52,535 bases of DNA from positions 1 to 52,535 of the IMG/VR virus record IMGVR_UViG_3300044858_001628; one strand, 5' to 3'. This document shows positions 9,066-18,104 of the stretch, in pieces (the stretch's first letter is position 1; each line of letters opens with the position of its first letter). The position numbers were made by a program, and so were the translations under genes. This stretch comes from a virus. Its lineage: Duplodnaviria; Caudoviricetes. A model generated the notes under the pieces. That model saw only the letters and a program-made list of their open reading frames with translations. It did no database searches and had not been told where the DNA came from.

Positions 9066-11128
9066 ACTTGCGCCCCATCATTCGGTTTAAATGTTTCAAT
9101 TCCTTGCATAGAACTTTGTGGAACTGGTGGCTCTAGTGGCGAGGTGTTTTGCGTAACTGTATTTATATCCCCATTTGCCTGCGTTGTAGGTGCGTTAGTT
9201 ATTGGAATGTTAGGGTCTTGCCCTCCATTTGGTCTTTGATAACCGCTTGCTTCCATTACTTTGTCACCCACTGGCGCGATTAAAGGGTTTTGCGCGATAC
9301 TTGCGCCTGTCTGCATGGCTGAATAAACAGCCTCTACACCAACTTTAACCGCTTGCGCCTTGCTTAAAGTAGTCTTGGCGTTAATGTCACTAATCTTAGC
9401 CGCTACCATTTCTGGGTTTTCTTTCTGTGCCAGCATTGATTTCAATTGCTCTATTTGGCTGATTAAATCATCGACCTCTGGGTTATCACCCTCTTCAATA
9501 TAGAAGCGCCCACCATCTTTATAGCCAATCTTGCCGAATATCTCTTTGATAACCTCGCCAGATTTCAAGCGACTGAACGCGCTCTCACCAAGTAATGCCT
9601 GTATTTCACGTAAGCCATAGACAAAACGCTCAAGCTGATTGAACGTATTGGTTGAACCTGTACCAACATTCACACTTAATGTGACTTCTTGCATCAATAA
9701 TTCGTCTGTGACAACATCCATACCGAAGCGCTGATACAACTTAGCCTTGTCGCCAGCCAGCGCCAGTATCATTTCGTCTGTTTCGTAGGTTTGTTCCATC
9801 AGTATCATTTGACGCAATACAGGCTCTACCCATGTTTCAGTGAATACCTTTAAATCGTACTCACCAATCTGGTTAGCATTGTTTGATAGCATCTGCATAC
9901 CGCCAACCGTTTCATTCAGCTTGCGGTTACTTGCCACGCTTGAACCACTGAACGCGCCTGCAATGTCGTCAAAGTCACTGTTTAATCGGTCTTGCTCTGC
10001 ATACGCACTGCTTGTCACATCATTTGTTTCAACAATACGAACATCCGTATCAATGTTATCCATCAGCGTTACACCACTTGGCACATTACGAACCAATGAA
10101 CGAATATCTACATTACGGTTACGATTAACAAAATAGCGCTTATTCATGGCAAATTTGACGTTATCAATACGCTGGTTAGCCACTTCGTTGATTTCAGCTT
10201 GAATATCTCGGCTCATGCTTGTCTTACTTGTGCTGTAAATCTTGTGTGCCTCAAGCGTACCCTTGCCCATCACTACAGGTCTATCACCGTTTCTTAGGTG
10301 TGGGAAAGCATCTTTAGTAAGCTTTGGCTCTGATAAAAGCTCTTGGTCTGCCAGTGTGTAGAAGCAATAGTCCTTGCCACCCTGTCGAATGAAGTTTAAA
10401 TGCACCCATACGATGCTGAACTCGTTGATTTCGCTGGTCTGCTCTTTACTGTCTGTCATGCCATTTTCGCGCTGTAGGCGAATAGAATCACTTGTTCTGC
10501 TTCCAGCCGCACGAATCTTTGCTCGGTCTAACTTAATCCAATCTTTACGCGCTTCAATCTCATACACGTACATCGGCAATAGAATAATGACGTAAGGCGA
10601 ACTATTAACAGGGTCAGTCCAGTTAGCCGCAGGGTCAATACGCACGTTTTCTGGTGGTATTAACTGCACATCTGGCTTATCAATGCCATTTTCTTCATCG
10701 TATTTCCATGTTTGCAATGACGCAACCACGCCAACTGTGTGCGCTTCCTGATATGCACCGACTAGGATTTGAAACCAATTGACTGATTTTGATAGGCGAT
10801 AATTGAGTAATTGCTGATTGATTGCCGCGCTTGCCGCCTGCATATCATTCTTTTCATCTTCTGCCGATATTGAAACAATGTCTTGCGTACTGAAAAAAGC
10901 AGAAGCACACGTAGCCTCTGCCTGCCTCAATGCTGTGCGTGTCTTTGGTCTGAATAGCTTTGAACGACCTTTGTAATGGTCTGAATAATACTTAGAACCG
11001 CTAGGGTGTAAGCCTTGCACTTGTCTAATGTCACGTTCCATCGTATTACGAACGCTATTATTGAAGTAAGTATCGCTTGTACTAAAAGCATTTTTGGCGA
11101 GTGATAACGCCTTTTCTTTATCCAGCAT
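9062..11128 (-). CDS. Portal protein
   Basis: 688 aa between terminase and scaffold; SKLFRPKTR, QAEINEVANQRIDNV and ETVGGMQML motifs of P22/933W-like portals. Confidence 0.88.
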   Translation of the reverse strand: MLDKEKALSLAKNAFSTSDTYFNNSVRNTMERDIRQVQGLHPSGSKYYSDHYKGRSKLFRPKTRTALRQAEATCASAFFSTQDIVSISAEDEKNDMQAASAAINQQLLNYRLSKSVNWFQILVGAYQEAHTVGVVASLQTWKYDEENGIDKPDVQLIPPENVRIDPAANWTDPVNSSPYVIILLPMYVYEIEARKDWIKLDRAKIRAAGSRTSDSIRLQRENGMTDSKEQTSEINEFSIVWVHLNFIRQGGKDYCFYTLADQELLSEPKLTKDAFPHLRNGDRPVVMGKGTLEAHKIYSTSKTSMSRDIQAEINEVANQRIDNVKFAMNKRYFVNRNRNVDIRSLVRNVPSGVTLMDNIDTDVRIVETNDVTSSAYAEQDRLNSDFDDIAGAFSGSSVASNRKLNETVGGMQMLSNNANQIGEYDLKVFTETWVEPVLRQMILMEQTYETDEMILALAGDKAKLYQRFGMDVVTDELLMQEVTLSVNVGTGSTNTFNQLERFVYGLREIQALLGESAFSRLKSGEVIKEIFGKIGYKDGGRFYIEEGDNPEVDDLISQIEQLKSMLAQKENPEMVAAKISDINAKTTLSKAQAVKVGVEAVYSAMQTGASIAQNPLIAPVGDKVMEASGYQRPNGGQDPNIPITNAPTTQANGDINTVTQNTSPLEPPVPQSSMQGIETFKPNDGAQV
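9162..9188 (-). promoter_or_regulatory. Late-promoter motif copy 2 (TACAACGCA-N12-TATAAA)
   Basis: Exact 9-mer at 9180-9188 near portal 3' end, upstream of scaffold/capsid; spacing one base longer. Confidence 0.55.
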
Positions 11129-11483
11129 ATTGCGCCCCTGTTGTGTCCACGATTGCGCGACCTGCGAAGTCTTGAGCTAAATCATCAACTTGATTATGTT
11201 TAATCATTCCTCTACGCACCCTGTAACGCTCTAAAATCTCACCGCCAGCATCACGAATCAATTTACCGCTTACATCTTCTTGAACTTTTGTCATGTGAAG
11301 GTTGAAGCCCCAATCGCCTGATAGACTTAAATTGCGGATTTGCACCATACCTGTTTGACTGTCGGCATTAACCGCCCACATATAACCTGAATAATGTTTA
11401 TTAAGCACATCAGCCACATTCTTTGCTACGGCAAAATCCATCGTGTCTGTTGATTTGGCAATGATTAACTCATTCTGTGACAT
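11118..11483 (-). CDS. Conserved hypothetical protein of packaging module
   Basis: AKNVADVLNKHYSGYMWAV...AGGEILERY; GGAG SD. Confidence 0.75.
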   Translation of the reverse strand: MSQNELIIAKSTDTMDFAVAKNVADVLNKHYSGYMWAVNADSQTGMVQIRNLSLSGDWGFNLHMTKVQEDVSGKLIRDAGGEILERYRVRRGMIKHNQVDDLAQDFAGRAIVDTTGAQYAG

Positions 11484-11631
11484 CTGGTTCGCACTCCGAC
11501 TGTAAAATACGTTTCTTCTCTACTGCGCTCAACCACAAATACTGTTTAAGCGTGTATCTAGCCTTTATTGGCTCTGGTAAAGAATCGTACTCACTTGGCG
11601 TGCGTTGTAATTCGCTACTTGCTAGGCTCAT
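11470..11631 (-). CDS. Small hypothetical protein (53 aa, MSLASSELQRTP...), below track cutoff
   Basis: GAGGA SD; overlaps both neighbours. Confidence 0.7.
   Translation of the reverse strand: MSLASSELQRTPSEYDSLPEPIKARYTLKQYLWLSAVEKKRILQSECEPDVTE
11584..11609 (-). promoter_or_regulatory. Late-promoter motif copy 3 (TACAACGCA-N11-TACGAT)
   Basis: Motif 11601-11609, -10 box 11584-11589. Confidence 0.65.
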
Positions 11632-11782
11632 AAGGCTTATCCTCACGGAACGTGCGACCTTTGAACTCGTAAACTGCCTGTGGTTTGTTTAAATCTGGCT
11701 CTGCCTCACGTACTTCATCAGAAAATAACTTGCTTCTGTACGTTGGCGTAGGTGTTTGGAATGATTCTGGTTGTTGTGCCAT
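11615..11782 (-). CDS. Small hypothetical protein (55 aa, MAQQPESFQTP...), below track cutoff
   Basis: AGGGG SD; directly downstream of a late-promoter motif. Confidence 0.7.
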   Translation of the reverse strand: MAQQPESFQTPTPTYRSKLFSDEVREAEPDLNKPQAVYEFKGRTFREDKPYEPSK

Positions 11783-11806
11783 GATGATTACCCCTTTGTT
11801 TTGAGT

Positions 11807-11832
11807 AATATAGGCGTTTTGCTTGCGTTGTT
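11807..11832 (-). promoter_or_regulatory. Late-promoter motif copy 4 (AACAACGCA-N11-TATATT)
   Basis: One-mismatch motif 11824-11832, intergenic after terL. Confidence 0.7.
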
Positions 11833-11834
11833 AG

Positions 11835-13481
11835 TTAAGAACCATCAACGTACTCAATAGGCTCGAATGAACCACCATCAATAATCATTGGTGCGACTAT
11901 TTCCATGTCATAGATACGGCTCACGCAATCAATGAAGTCATCTTTACTGCTGAATGGGAATGTTAAATACTCTTCTAACAGCCTTTTGTTGAGTGTGTAG
12001 GTATTGCCAGCTTCATCAACTCGCTTTACAGGCTGGTAAATACGATACAACTCGCCTTGCGCTCTCATTTTCAACTGTGCAGGGCTTTCTTCCTCTAGGA
12101 TTGCAGGCAACATGAACTTACCTTGCGAGAAGTCAGGATAAAGCCTCTGCACTCGGTCTGTCTTGGATTGCCCACCCTCTTTAGTCCAATTAACCTCTTT
12201 AATATCCCACACATCTTTAGCAATAAGCATCTTTTCTTGGAAGTGTTCAATGTCCGATTGCATACCGTACTTCTCATAGCCGACCTCTACGCGCTGAACA
12301 CCTGTCATGTTTAGCCATCTTTTGCGTAATCCACTCAATGCTGTCCAGCGCTCTGCAAGGTTCATCCTGTGACAATAACCATCTAACAGCCACTTGTTCA
12401 TGCGACTATCTACGCCAATTACTGCCATTGCCGTACGGTCACTGCCTTTCTTCTTGCTTGATGCAGGGTCACATATCACATAAACATTAAGAATTGAGGG
12501 TCTAATGTCCATAAACCTCAAGTGTTCTTTGCGGAACATGGCTTGACTACCTGCCAATGGGTTCTGTAACTGCTGACAAGCAATGTCACTCTCAACTTGC
12601 GTCTTGAGTTTGTGTTGCCAAATGTCGTTTGATAGATAAACTGGCGTGCCTGTTATCGTTGCATCGTCTGTCGCAGGGTAAATGCGCGGCTTTAATATCT
12701 TTTTCTCTAAGATATGCTGATAAGTGTCTGCGAAACTGTAGCGAGTACCAATATGCCAGCGCCTCATTACCTCTTTTCCACTCGGCAAACGTGTCACCGC
12801 ACCCAAGTTATCAGATAACGACCAAGCATCTGTGGTCTTTTTAATTTGCTCTGGTGTCGATACGCTCTCTGGTGTCACCACATCATCATAAATTCGTAAG
12901 CGAAAGTGTGCGCCTGTTGGCATACCATCGACTAAACCACTCGCGGCAAGTGTCGGCTCTTTCGGATTGCTCTTGCGTCTAACAACTAAGCCTGCTTCCT
13001 CACTCCACTTTGATGCGTCTTTGCGTGGATTCTCGTAAAGCACATCAGTATATAAGCGTTTAAGCTCGTAATTGTCCTCTAGCTCTTGCTTAATCTGTCG
13101 TAGGAATTTTAAAGCGTTGCCTTTGGTGTGACTGAATATGCAGATTGTCACATCTGGGTCTTTGATAATCTCTTGTATCGTGCCTGCATAAGTAATCACC
13201 GTTGATTTACCATGCTCACGCGCCCATAAGTCTAGGTTATCGTCTGGGTCTGCCTCGACCTCTCTGCATCGTTTATATATCCACTCATGCCACATATAAT
13301 CCGCATTAAGTAAGATACACAAAAGATAATAGCGGTCATTGCGACCTAACCATCTGCGACCTTCATCACCATAATCATGCTCAACTGCTTCCCACCATTC
13401 CACTAAATCATAAAAATTAGCCGCATGAATGTCTGCGCGTAATTCTTCGTTTAATGGTGGTCTAGGGTCAATTTGGGTCAA
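11835..13481 (-). CDS. terL: Terminase large subunit
   Basis: Walker A WAREHGKST, Walker B RIYDDVV, nuclease CDPASS...DRTA and FPFSSKDDFIDC. Confidence 0.93.
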   Translation of the reverse strand: MTQIDPRPPLNEELRADIHAANFYDLVEWWEAVEHDYGDEGRRWLGRNDRYYLLCILLNADYMWHEWIYKRCREVEADPDDNLDLWAREHGKSTVITYAGTIQEIIKDPDVTICIFSHTKGNALKFLRQIKQELEDNYELKRLYTDVLYENPRKDASKWSEEAGLVVRRKSNPKEPTLAASGLVDGMPTGAHFRLRIYDDVVTPESVSTPEQIKKTTDAWSLSDNLGAVTRLPSGKEVMRRWHIGTRYSFADTYQHILEKKILKPRIYPATDDATITGTPVYLSNDIWQHKLKTQVESDIACQQLQNPLAGSQAMFRKEHLRFMDIRPSILNVYVICDPASSKKKGSDRTAMAVIGVDSRMNKWLLDGYCHRMNLAERWTALSGLRKRWLNMTGVQRVEVGYEKYGMQSDIEHFQEKMLIAKDVWDIKEVNWTKEGGQSKTDRVQRLYPDFSQGKFMLPAILEEESPAQLKMRAQGELYRIYQPVKRVDEAGNTYTLNKRLLEEYLTFPFSSKDDFIDCVSRIYDMEIVAPMIIDGGSFEPIEYVDGS

Positions 13482-13521
13482 TTTTGATTAAATTCGGCTG
13501 ATTTTAACGCGATTAGAGCGA

Positions 13522-14061
13522 TTATTTTTGATTGACTAATACCGTAGCATTGCCAATTTGTCGCATTTCTGACGTTTTTTGCTTAACTTTTGATAATGCT
13601 GAAACGGTCATTGATACTTCCATCTGTTGAGGTGCGCCATCTTTTCCTGTGATTTCTTGCTTATCAGTAAACATTTTCTTGTATTTACCTAGCAATTCCA
13701 ATGCACCTTTTGCACCAGATGATTCAAAAACTCTTTGAGTAACCTCTGTCGGTAATGATGCACCTTCACTATCACGCAATAGAACTGTTTGAGTTACTGG
13801 AACTCTGCCCATGCACATATCGCGCAACTCTTCTAAGTCTGCGAGTATCTTTTCTACCGTGATTTCAGCCTTTGATGTGAGTTTATCCATGCGTAATTTG
13901 ATGGCATCAGCAATATTAGGTTTTCTTAAGTTTTCATGCCCGATTACTTCTGCTGTTTTCTTACTATATCCAGCCCTAATTGCGGCCTGTGTAGCGTTAA
14001 AGTCAATAACATACTCTTCAATGAATCTGCTTTGCTTTGCGGTGAGTTTAACTTCGGTCAT
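13522..14061 (-). CDS. terS: Terminase small subunit
   Basis: LTAKQSRFIEEY..DFNATQAAIRAGYS..TA..IGHENLRKP; ALELLGK; probable start MTEVK at 14061. Confidence 0.93.
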   Translation of the reverse strand: MTEVKLTAKQSRFIEEYVIDFNATQAAIRAGYSKKTAEVIGHENLRKPNIADAIKLRMDKLTSKAEITVEKILADLEELRDMCMGRVPVTQTVLLRDSEGASLPTEVTQRVFESSGAKGALELLGKYKKMFTDKQEITGKDGAPQQMEVSMTVSALSKVKQKTSEMRQIGNATVLVNQK

Positions 14062-14063
14062 GC

Positions 14064-14249
14064 TTATTCTTTCCAGCAATCAATAGCAACTGAATCTGCC
14101 GATGTAGCCAATGCACATTCGATACCTTGCTTTGGCGTTACTGTAACAACTGGTGTTGTTGTTGAGCTTAACAACTTCATTCCGTAGAGCATTGCGACCA
14201 CTATCGCAATTGTTGATATAAAGATTGCCACGACTTTAAATGTGTTCAC
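14064..14249 (-). CDS. Small membrane protein
   Basis: N-terminal hydrophobic helix; AGGGA SD; first gene after late-promoter copy 5. Confidence 0.65.
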   Translation of the reverse strand: MNTFKVVAIFISTIAIVVAMLYGMKLLSSTTTPVVTVTPKQGIECALATSADSVAIDCWKE

Positions 14250-14288
14250 TGTGTTTCCCTTGATTGATGGCTAAAAGCGTCAATACCA

Positions 14289-14314
14289 ATCCTATCCAAT
14301 TCCCATGCGTTGTA
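14289..14314 (-). promoter_or_regulatory. Late-promoter motif copy 5 (TACAACGCA-N11-TAGGAT) heading the packaging operon
   Basis: Motif 14306-14314, -10 box 14289-14294, intergenic. Confidence 0.72.
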
Positions 14315-14338
14315 ATTCTTTTAATTTATTTTATATTA

Positions 14339-14382
14339 TTTTGATTTAGGGTATTGCATTTATCAAAACATATCATTAGAAT
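14339..14382 (+). promoter_or_regulatory. Sigma70 promoter of the small-gene island with flanking inverted repeat
   Basis: TTGCAT (14354-14359)-N17-TAGAAT (14377-14382), AT-rich upstream tract; TTTTGAT (14339-14345)/ATCAAAA (14362-14368) inverted repeat brackets the -35. Confidence 0.75.
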
Positions 14383-14427
14383 GAAGTCTAGTAGTTCATT
14401 TATGTTAATTAGAAAGGTAGGTTGGAT

Positions 14428-14637
14428 ATGAAACTTGTTTATAAAGATTCTGGTGCTGTGGTTAATGTTGGCGATGTATGCCTTATTGATGGCGAGGGTT
14501 ATACGGTTGTTTTCTTTAGAGAACCACATAAACCATCATCAAGCGGAAAGGTGTCTGTTGCTGATGCGTCAGACTTCACACGCGAACTTTATGTAAGTGT
14601 TATTGGTGCAGAATGGATTGAAAGGGATGACAGATAA
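14428..14637 (+). CDS. Small hypothetical protein
   Basis: AAGGTAGG SD before ATG 14428; PHKPSSSGKV...YVSVIGAEW. Confidence 0.75.
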   Translation: MKLVYKDSGAVVNVGDVCLIDGEGYTVVFFREPHKPSSSGKVSVADASDFTRELYVSVIGAEWIERDDR

Positions 14638-14789
14638 TGTTTAACAATCTTAAAGTAGGTGACTTAGTTCTATGTAATGGCTATCAAGGCTCTGTTACGG
14701 CTCTATGCCAGTGGTCTGACAGCATGATTGAAGTGCGTTTAGGCTCTGGTCTTGTGTGTGTTGATTCTTTTGATGTTAAGAAAGTTTAA
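14637..14789 (+). CDS. Small SH3/KOW-like hypothetical protein (50 aa, MFNNLKVGDLVLCNGYQGSV...), below track cutoff
   Basis: TAATG coupling to previous gene, AGGGA SD. Confidence 0.75.
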   Translation: MFNNLKVGDLVLCNGYQGSVTALCQWSDSMIEVRLGSGLVCVDSFDVKKV

Positions 14790-14800
14790 GGGGAATTATT

Positions 14801-15085
14801 ATGGCTTACGCAATTATTTATACTACTTGTAATGAAGATACTGGCAGTTGTTCTAGTTGGCAGGATTCAACTACCTATGAAACTAAAGGCTTGGCTGAAT
14901 ATATAGCCAATCATGCCCACTATGAGTATTGGACTGAAGTAGTTGTAGCTGATAACTCTGTTTACATCAAAGAACAGGTTAAGGCTGAACGTATCGACCA
15001 ACGTGATGACTTTTACTATGGCTCACCTACACATCAAATGTTTGGCGATGCTTGGTTGTATGCTGATTGTGAAGGGGCATGGTAA
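14801..15085 (+). CDS. Small acidic hypothetical protein
   Basis: AAGGGG SD; D/E/Y-rich. Confidence 0.75.
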   Translation: MAYAIIYTTCNEDTGSCSSWQDSTTYETKGLAEYIANHAHYEYWTEVVVADNSVYIKEQVKAERIDQRDDFYYGSPTHQMFGDAWLYADCEGAW

Positions 15086-15423
15086 TGAAACTATCTAACG
15101 GTTTACCTAGTAAGTGGGCTATCTGCGAATGTTGTGGTGGCTCTGGTCATGTTGAGAACCCTGCTTTCTCTAACGGATTTACCTATGACGAGTTTAACGA
15201 AACTTTTGATGATGAAGAATCGCGTGAAGATTACTTTGCTGGTGCTTACGATGTTGCGTGTGATGCCTGCGAAAGCTCTGGCAAGGTGCAAGTAATAGAT
15301 GTTGCAAGCTGTACTTTTGCTCAAAAACGTGTAGCTGTTATGGCACGTAAAGAAGCAAGAGAAGAGGCTCAAGACGCACGTGAGAGTGCGGCTCTGTATC
15401 GCGCTGAAATGGGCTTTTTTTAA
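15079..15423 (+). CDS. DnaJ-type zinc-finger-like acidic protein
   Basis: CECCGGSG and CDACESSG repeats. Confidence 0.75.
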   Translation: MVMKLSNGLPSKWAICECCGGSGHVENPAFSNGFTYDEFNETFDDEESREDYFAGAYDVACDACESSGKVQVIDVASCTFAQKRVAVMARKEAREEAQDARESAALYRAEMGFF

Positions 15424-15433
15424 TTAACTACTA

Positions 15434-15829
15434 ATGGAGAATACAATGAAATACTTATCTAACTACGTTGAAGCTAAACAATCAGCGCTATTCGCTAAAA
15501 CTGGCACTTACTTTGCCTTTAGCCAAAAACAATATGATGAAGGCAAGAAAGAAGGCATTAACTATGTATCGCTTGGCGCTGGTATTATCTGCCCTAAAGA
15601 AAATTTTACAGAACTAACAGAAGGCTTGGAAACTATCCAGCAAGCTGGCATGGCTCAAGACTTAGCCGAGAATGGCAAAGATGCCATCATTCTGCGCGAA
15701 TTGCATAATCACGAATCTTTTTACTGTGGTGACATTGAAGATACTGTGTATGCGCTCGAAGATTACGGCATTACACGCACTGAAATTATCGCAGTGTATG
15801 ACCGTGTTGCACCAACTATTGATTACTAA
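15434..15829 (+). CDS. Acidic hypothetical phage protein (probable start 15446)
   Basis: YFAFSQKQYDEG and ILRELHNHE motifs; GGAG SD before MKYLS. Confidence 0.75.
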   Translation: MENTMKYLSNYVEAKQSALFAKTGTYFAFSQKQYDEGKKEGINYVSLGAGIICPKENFTELTEGLETIQQAGMAQDLAENGKDAIILRELHNHESFYCGDIEDTVYALEDYGITRTEIIAVYDRVAPTIDY

Positions 15830-15839
15830 GGGGAACAAA

Positions 15840-16178
15840 ATGCACATTATCAACGCATACAAAAAACTAACTCACAAGTATAACCCTGCTTGGTCTGAGC
15901 TTGATGATGATGAATACATGGGCTTTGACCTAAAGGTTGTTTATGGTAAGGCTCGTTACAGTGATGATGGCGAAAGTGTTAAAACAATCGCCTATGCCAC
16001 TACATCAAAACCAGTGACAGAAACGCAAATGTATCAAATGCTTCACGCCTTTGACCGTTCATGCAGATGTGAGCATGATTGCTGTGGACACTTTAACGGT
16101 GGCGCACGCACTCCAAAACAGCTAAGTCGCAATGGTCGCAAGTGGGCTATTACTCTTAGCTACTATGCTAACGTATAA
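15840..16178 (+). CDS. Hypothetical protein with CxCxHDCCG motif (112 aa)
   Basis: AAGGGG SD before ATG 15840; track start at 15672 overlaps the previous gene. Confidence 0.75.
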   Translation: MHIINAYKKLTHKYNPAWSELDDDEYMGFDLKVVYGKARYSDDGESVKTIAYATTSKPVTETQMYQMLHAFDRSCRCEHDCCGHFNGGARTPKQLSRNGRKWAITLSYYANV

Positions 16179-16236
16179 TGGTCTAAATTTTTAAAGAACA
16201 GCTGTTAAATCAAAAACTTACAAAGGAAATTATACC

Positions 16237-16569
16237 ATGAAAATGACAGTAAATGAAATGGAAAATGGCATTGCAAACAAGATTATTGATGATGCTTTAG
16301 CCTCTGGTTACACAGTGAGCGTGTACGATGGTGAAGAGTGGCCTGTTAAGCGTTCAAGTAACAAAGATGAAATCATCAGCGCTCTTAACTCTACTGGCAT
16401 TGACCAGCTTAAATTCCGCGATTCATCTGGTGAGTATGTTGGCGTATGTGCGCTTATCTGGGGCGAGTGTGGATATGACTTGGTAAACGACTACACAGTT
16501 AGCGATGCTATGGAAAAGCTCATGAAGGGCGCGAGTGACTTAGCCGACACTTATCAAGACGCGCTTTAG
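16237..16569 (+). CDS. Acidic hypothetical phage protein
   Basis: AAGGA SD; VSVYDGEEW motif. Confidence 0.75.
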   Translation: MKMTVNEMENGIANKIIDDALASGYTVSVYDGEEWPVKRSSNKDEIISALNSTGIDQLKFRDSSGEYVGVCALIWGECGYDLVNDYTVSDAMEKLMKGASDLADTYQDAL

Positions 16570-16638
16570 TGCAATTTAAGCCCATTCTAGCGAGTGGGTT
16601 TAGGTGGCAATAATGCCAGTAACGAAAAAGGAAATTGA

Positions 16639-17016
16639 ATGGATATTCGTGACCACTTCGCAGGGTTGGCAATGCAAGGGATATTAGTTAATGCTGGTCA
16701 AGATTATGTGCGAGAAGGTATCGCAATCATGGCTTATCAAATGGCAGACGCAATGATTGACGAGCGAAATCTTACATTAAACAAAGAAAGTCTTACCAAT
16801 AAGTTGATAGATAATAAATGCGGATTAACAATACGCACAGTAAATGTACTGCTTGCCGAAGGGATTACTAATTATTATAGGTTAATTAACACTTCTGCAA
16901 AAAAGTTAATTAGAGCGCCTAATTTTGGAAGGAAATCTTTAAATGAAGTCATTACACATCTTGAAGCTATTGGATTTACTCTTAAAGATGCAGATAATCC
17001 TTACGAACCAATCTAA
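16639..17016 (+). CDS. Fusion of RDHFAGLAMQG-type phage domain and RNA polymerase alpha-subunit CTD-like domain
   Basis: LTIRTVNVLLAEGI...LIRAPNFGRKSLNEV...L...GFTL aligns by eye with RpoA CTD LTVRSANCLKAEAI...LLKTPNLGKKSLTEI...L...GLSL. Confidence 0.85.
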   Translation: MDIRDHFAGLAMQGILVNAGQDYVREGIAIMAYQMADAMIDERNLTLNKESLTNKLIDNKCGLTIRTVNVLLAEGITNYYRLINTSAKKLIRAPNFGRKSLNEVITHLEAIGFTLKDADNPYEPI

Positions 17017-17018
17017 AC

Positions 17019-17513
17019 ATGGAATTTACAATGATAAATAAAGATGATGTTGCTAGTTTTTTAAGCTCGGCTACACTTGCAGGCAATGAAAAATCAATAA
17101 ATGCTTTTAAAGCTGAAATGCAATCATTCGTTGATGCGGCTGATGAAGCAATTAAGTCTATACATAAATTAAACGATGTGTATGCAGGGCGACTTACCCC
17201 AAACTACAAAAGGGCTGTGTATTGGGAGTTTAAAGAAGCGTGCTATCTATTAGCTGGCGTTATCCCTGATGAAAACGATGAATTAAAGCCAACTACAAAC
17301 AGGCATATTGTTACCGCTCAAGACTTGCATATTGACTACATGAACGCCCAAACAAAAGACATTAAAACGGTAACAAGAAACGATAAATACAAAGTTGGTG
17401 GCAAAGAAGTAAAGATAAGCATGACCTTTGTAAAAGCAAAAGACTTTGTTGCTTGGGCAAAGTTTACAGGCTACGAAATACCAGAAGCGATTGAAAGAGG
17501 GCTATTAAAGTGA
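17019..17513 (+). CDS. Hypothetical protein
   Basis: W..KEACYLLAG..P and FVAWAK..GYEIP motifs. Confidence 0.65.
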   Translation: MEFTMINKDDVASFLSSATLAGNEKSINAFKAEMQSFVDAADEAIKSIHKLNDVYAGRLTPNYKRAVYWEFKEACYLLAGVIPDENDELKPTTNRHIVTAQDLHIDYMNAQTKDIKTVTRNDKYKVGGKEVKISMTFVKAKDFVAWAKFTGYEIPEAIERGLLK

Positions 17514-17683
17514 GTGACGTTAAAGAAAATCGTGGTGGCTCTCGCGCTGGCTCTGGTCGCCCTAAAGTGGCTGAACCTGTAAAACATCGTACAGTGCGCC
17601 TAAGTGATGCGGATTGGATGAAGTTTAAATCGCTTGGTGGCGCTCACTGGTTGCGCTCTGTACTAAATGCTACTGGCCAGTAG
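17510..17683 (+). CDS. Small DNA-binding protein (57 aa; AT-hook-like RGGSRAGSGRP plus RHH-like TVRLSDADW...LGGAHWLR), below track cutoff
   Basis: GTGA overlap with previous stop, GAGGG SD; last gene of the plus-strand island. Confidence 0.75.
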   Translation: MSDVKENRGGSRAGSGRPKVAEPVKHRTVRLSDADWMKFKSLGGAHWLRSVLNATGQ

Positions 17684-18104
17684 TGCGCCTATCTTCCTTA
17701 TGCTCAAGAATCTTGAATAGTTTTTCTATTTGAGATTCTATCTTTTCAACTGTGCGTGTGAATTGCTCTGCATTTTTTTCTGTGACAATCGTAAGTGAAG
17801 CTTTGGTTGCGTAAAATTCAGCTACGTGAGTTTTGTAGTTTGCAAAATCGAGCTTCACTTGCATTAACTCTTCTGCCTGCTTCGAGCTACCCTTTGTTTT
17901 CTCATTGATAAGCTTAAACTCACTGTCCATGCTGGCTTTAATTGAATCAAAGCGTTCATCTAGCCTTTTTTCGTATTGATATGCGGCTATCTTTAATAGT
18001 AGCCAGCCTCCACCAATCATCGACCCACCAAAAGCTAAAAGTTCACCAAGTTCAACCTGCATATCAAGTCCAATTATTTTATTTATCTTTTTTGTGAAAT
18101 TCAA
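17670..18104 (-). CDS. Membrane-anchored coiled-coil protein downstream of lysis cassette
   Basis: N-terminal hydrophobic helix then heptad-like region; start probably at MQVEL. Confidence 0.65.
   Translation of the reverse strand: MNFTKKINKIIGLDMQVELGELLAFGGSMIGGGWLLLKIAAYQYEKRLDERFDSIKASMDSEFKLINEKTKGSSKQAEELMQVKLDFANYKTHVAEFYATKASLTIVTEKNAEQFTRTVEKIESQIEKLFKILEHKEDRRTTGQ

Noticed and set aside
15672-15839. N-terminal extension of ORF 15672..16178
   Set aside because: Overlaps the preceding gene; SD supports ATG at 15840
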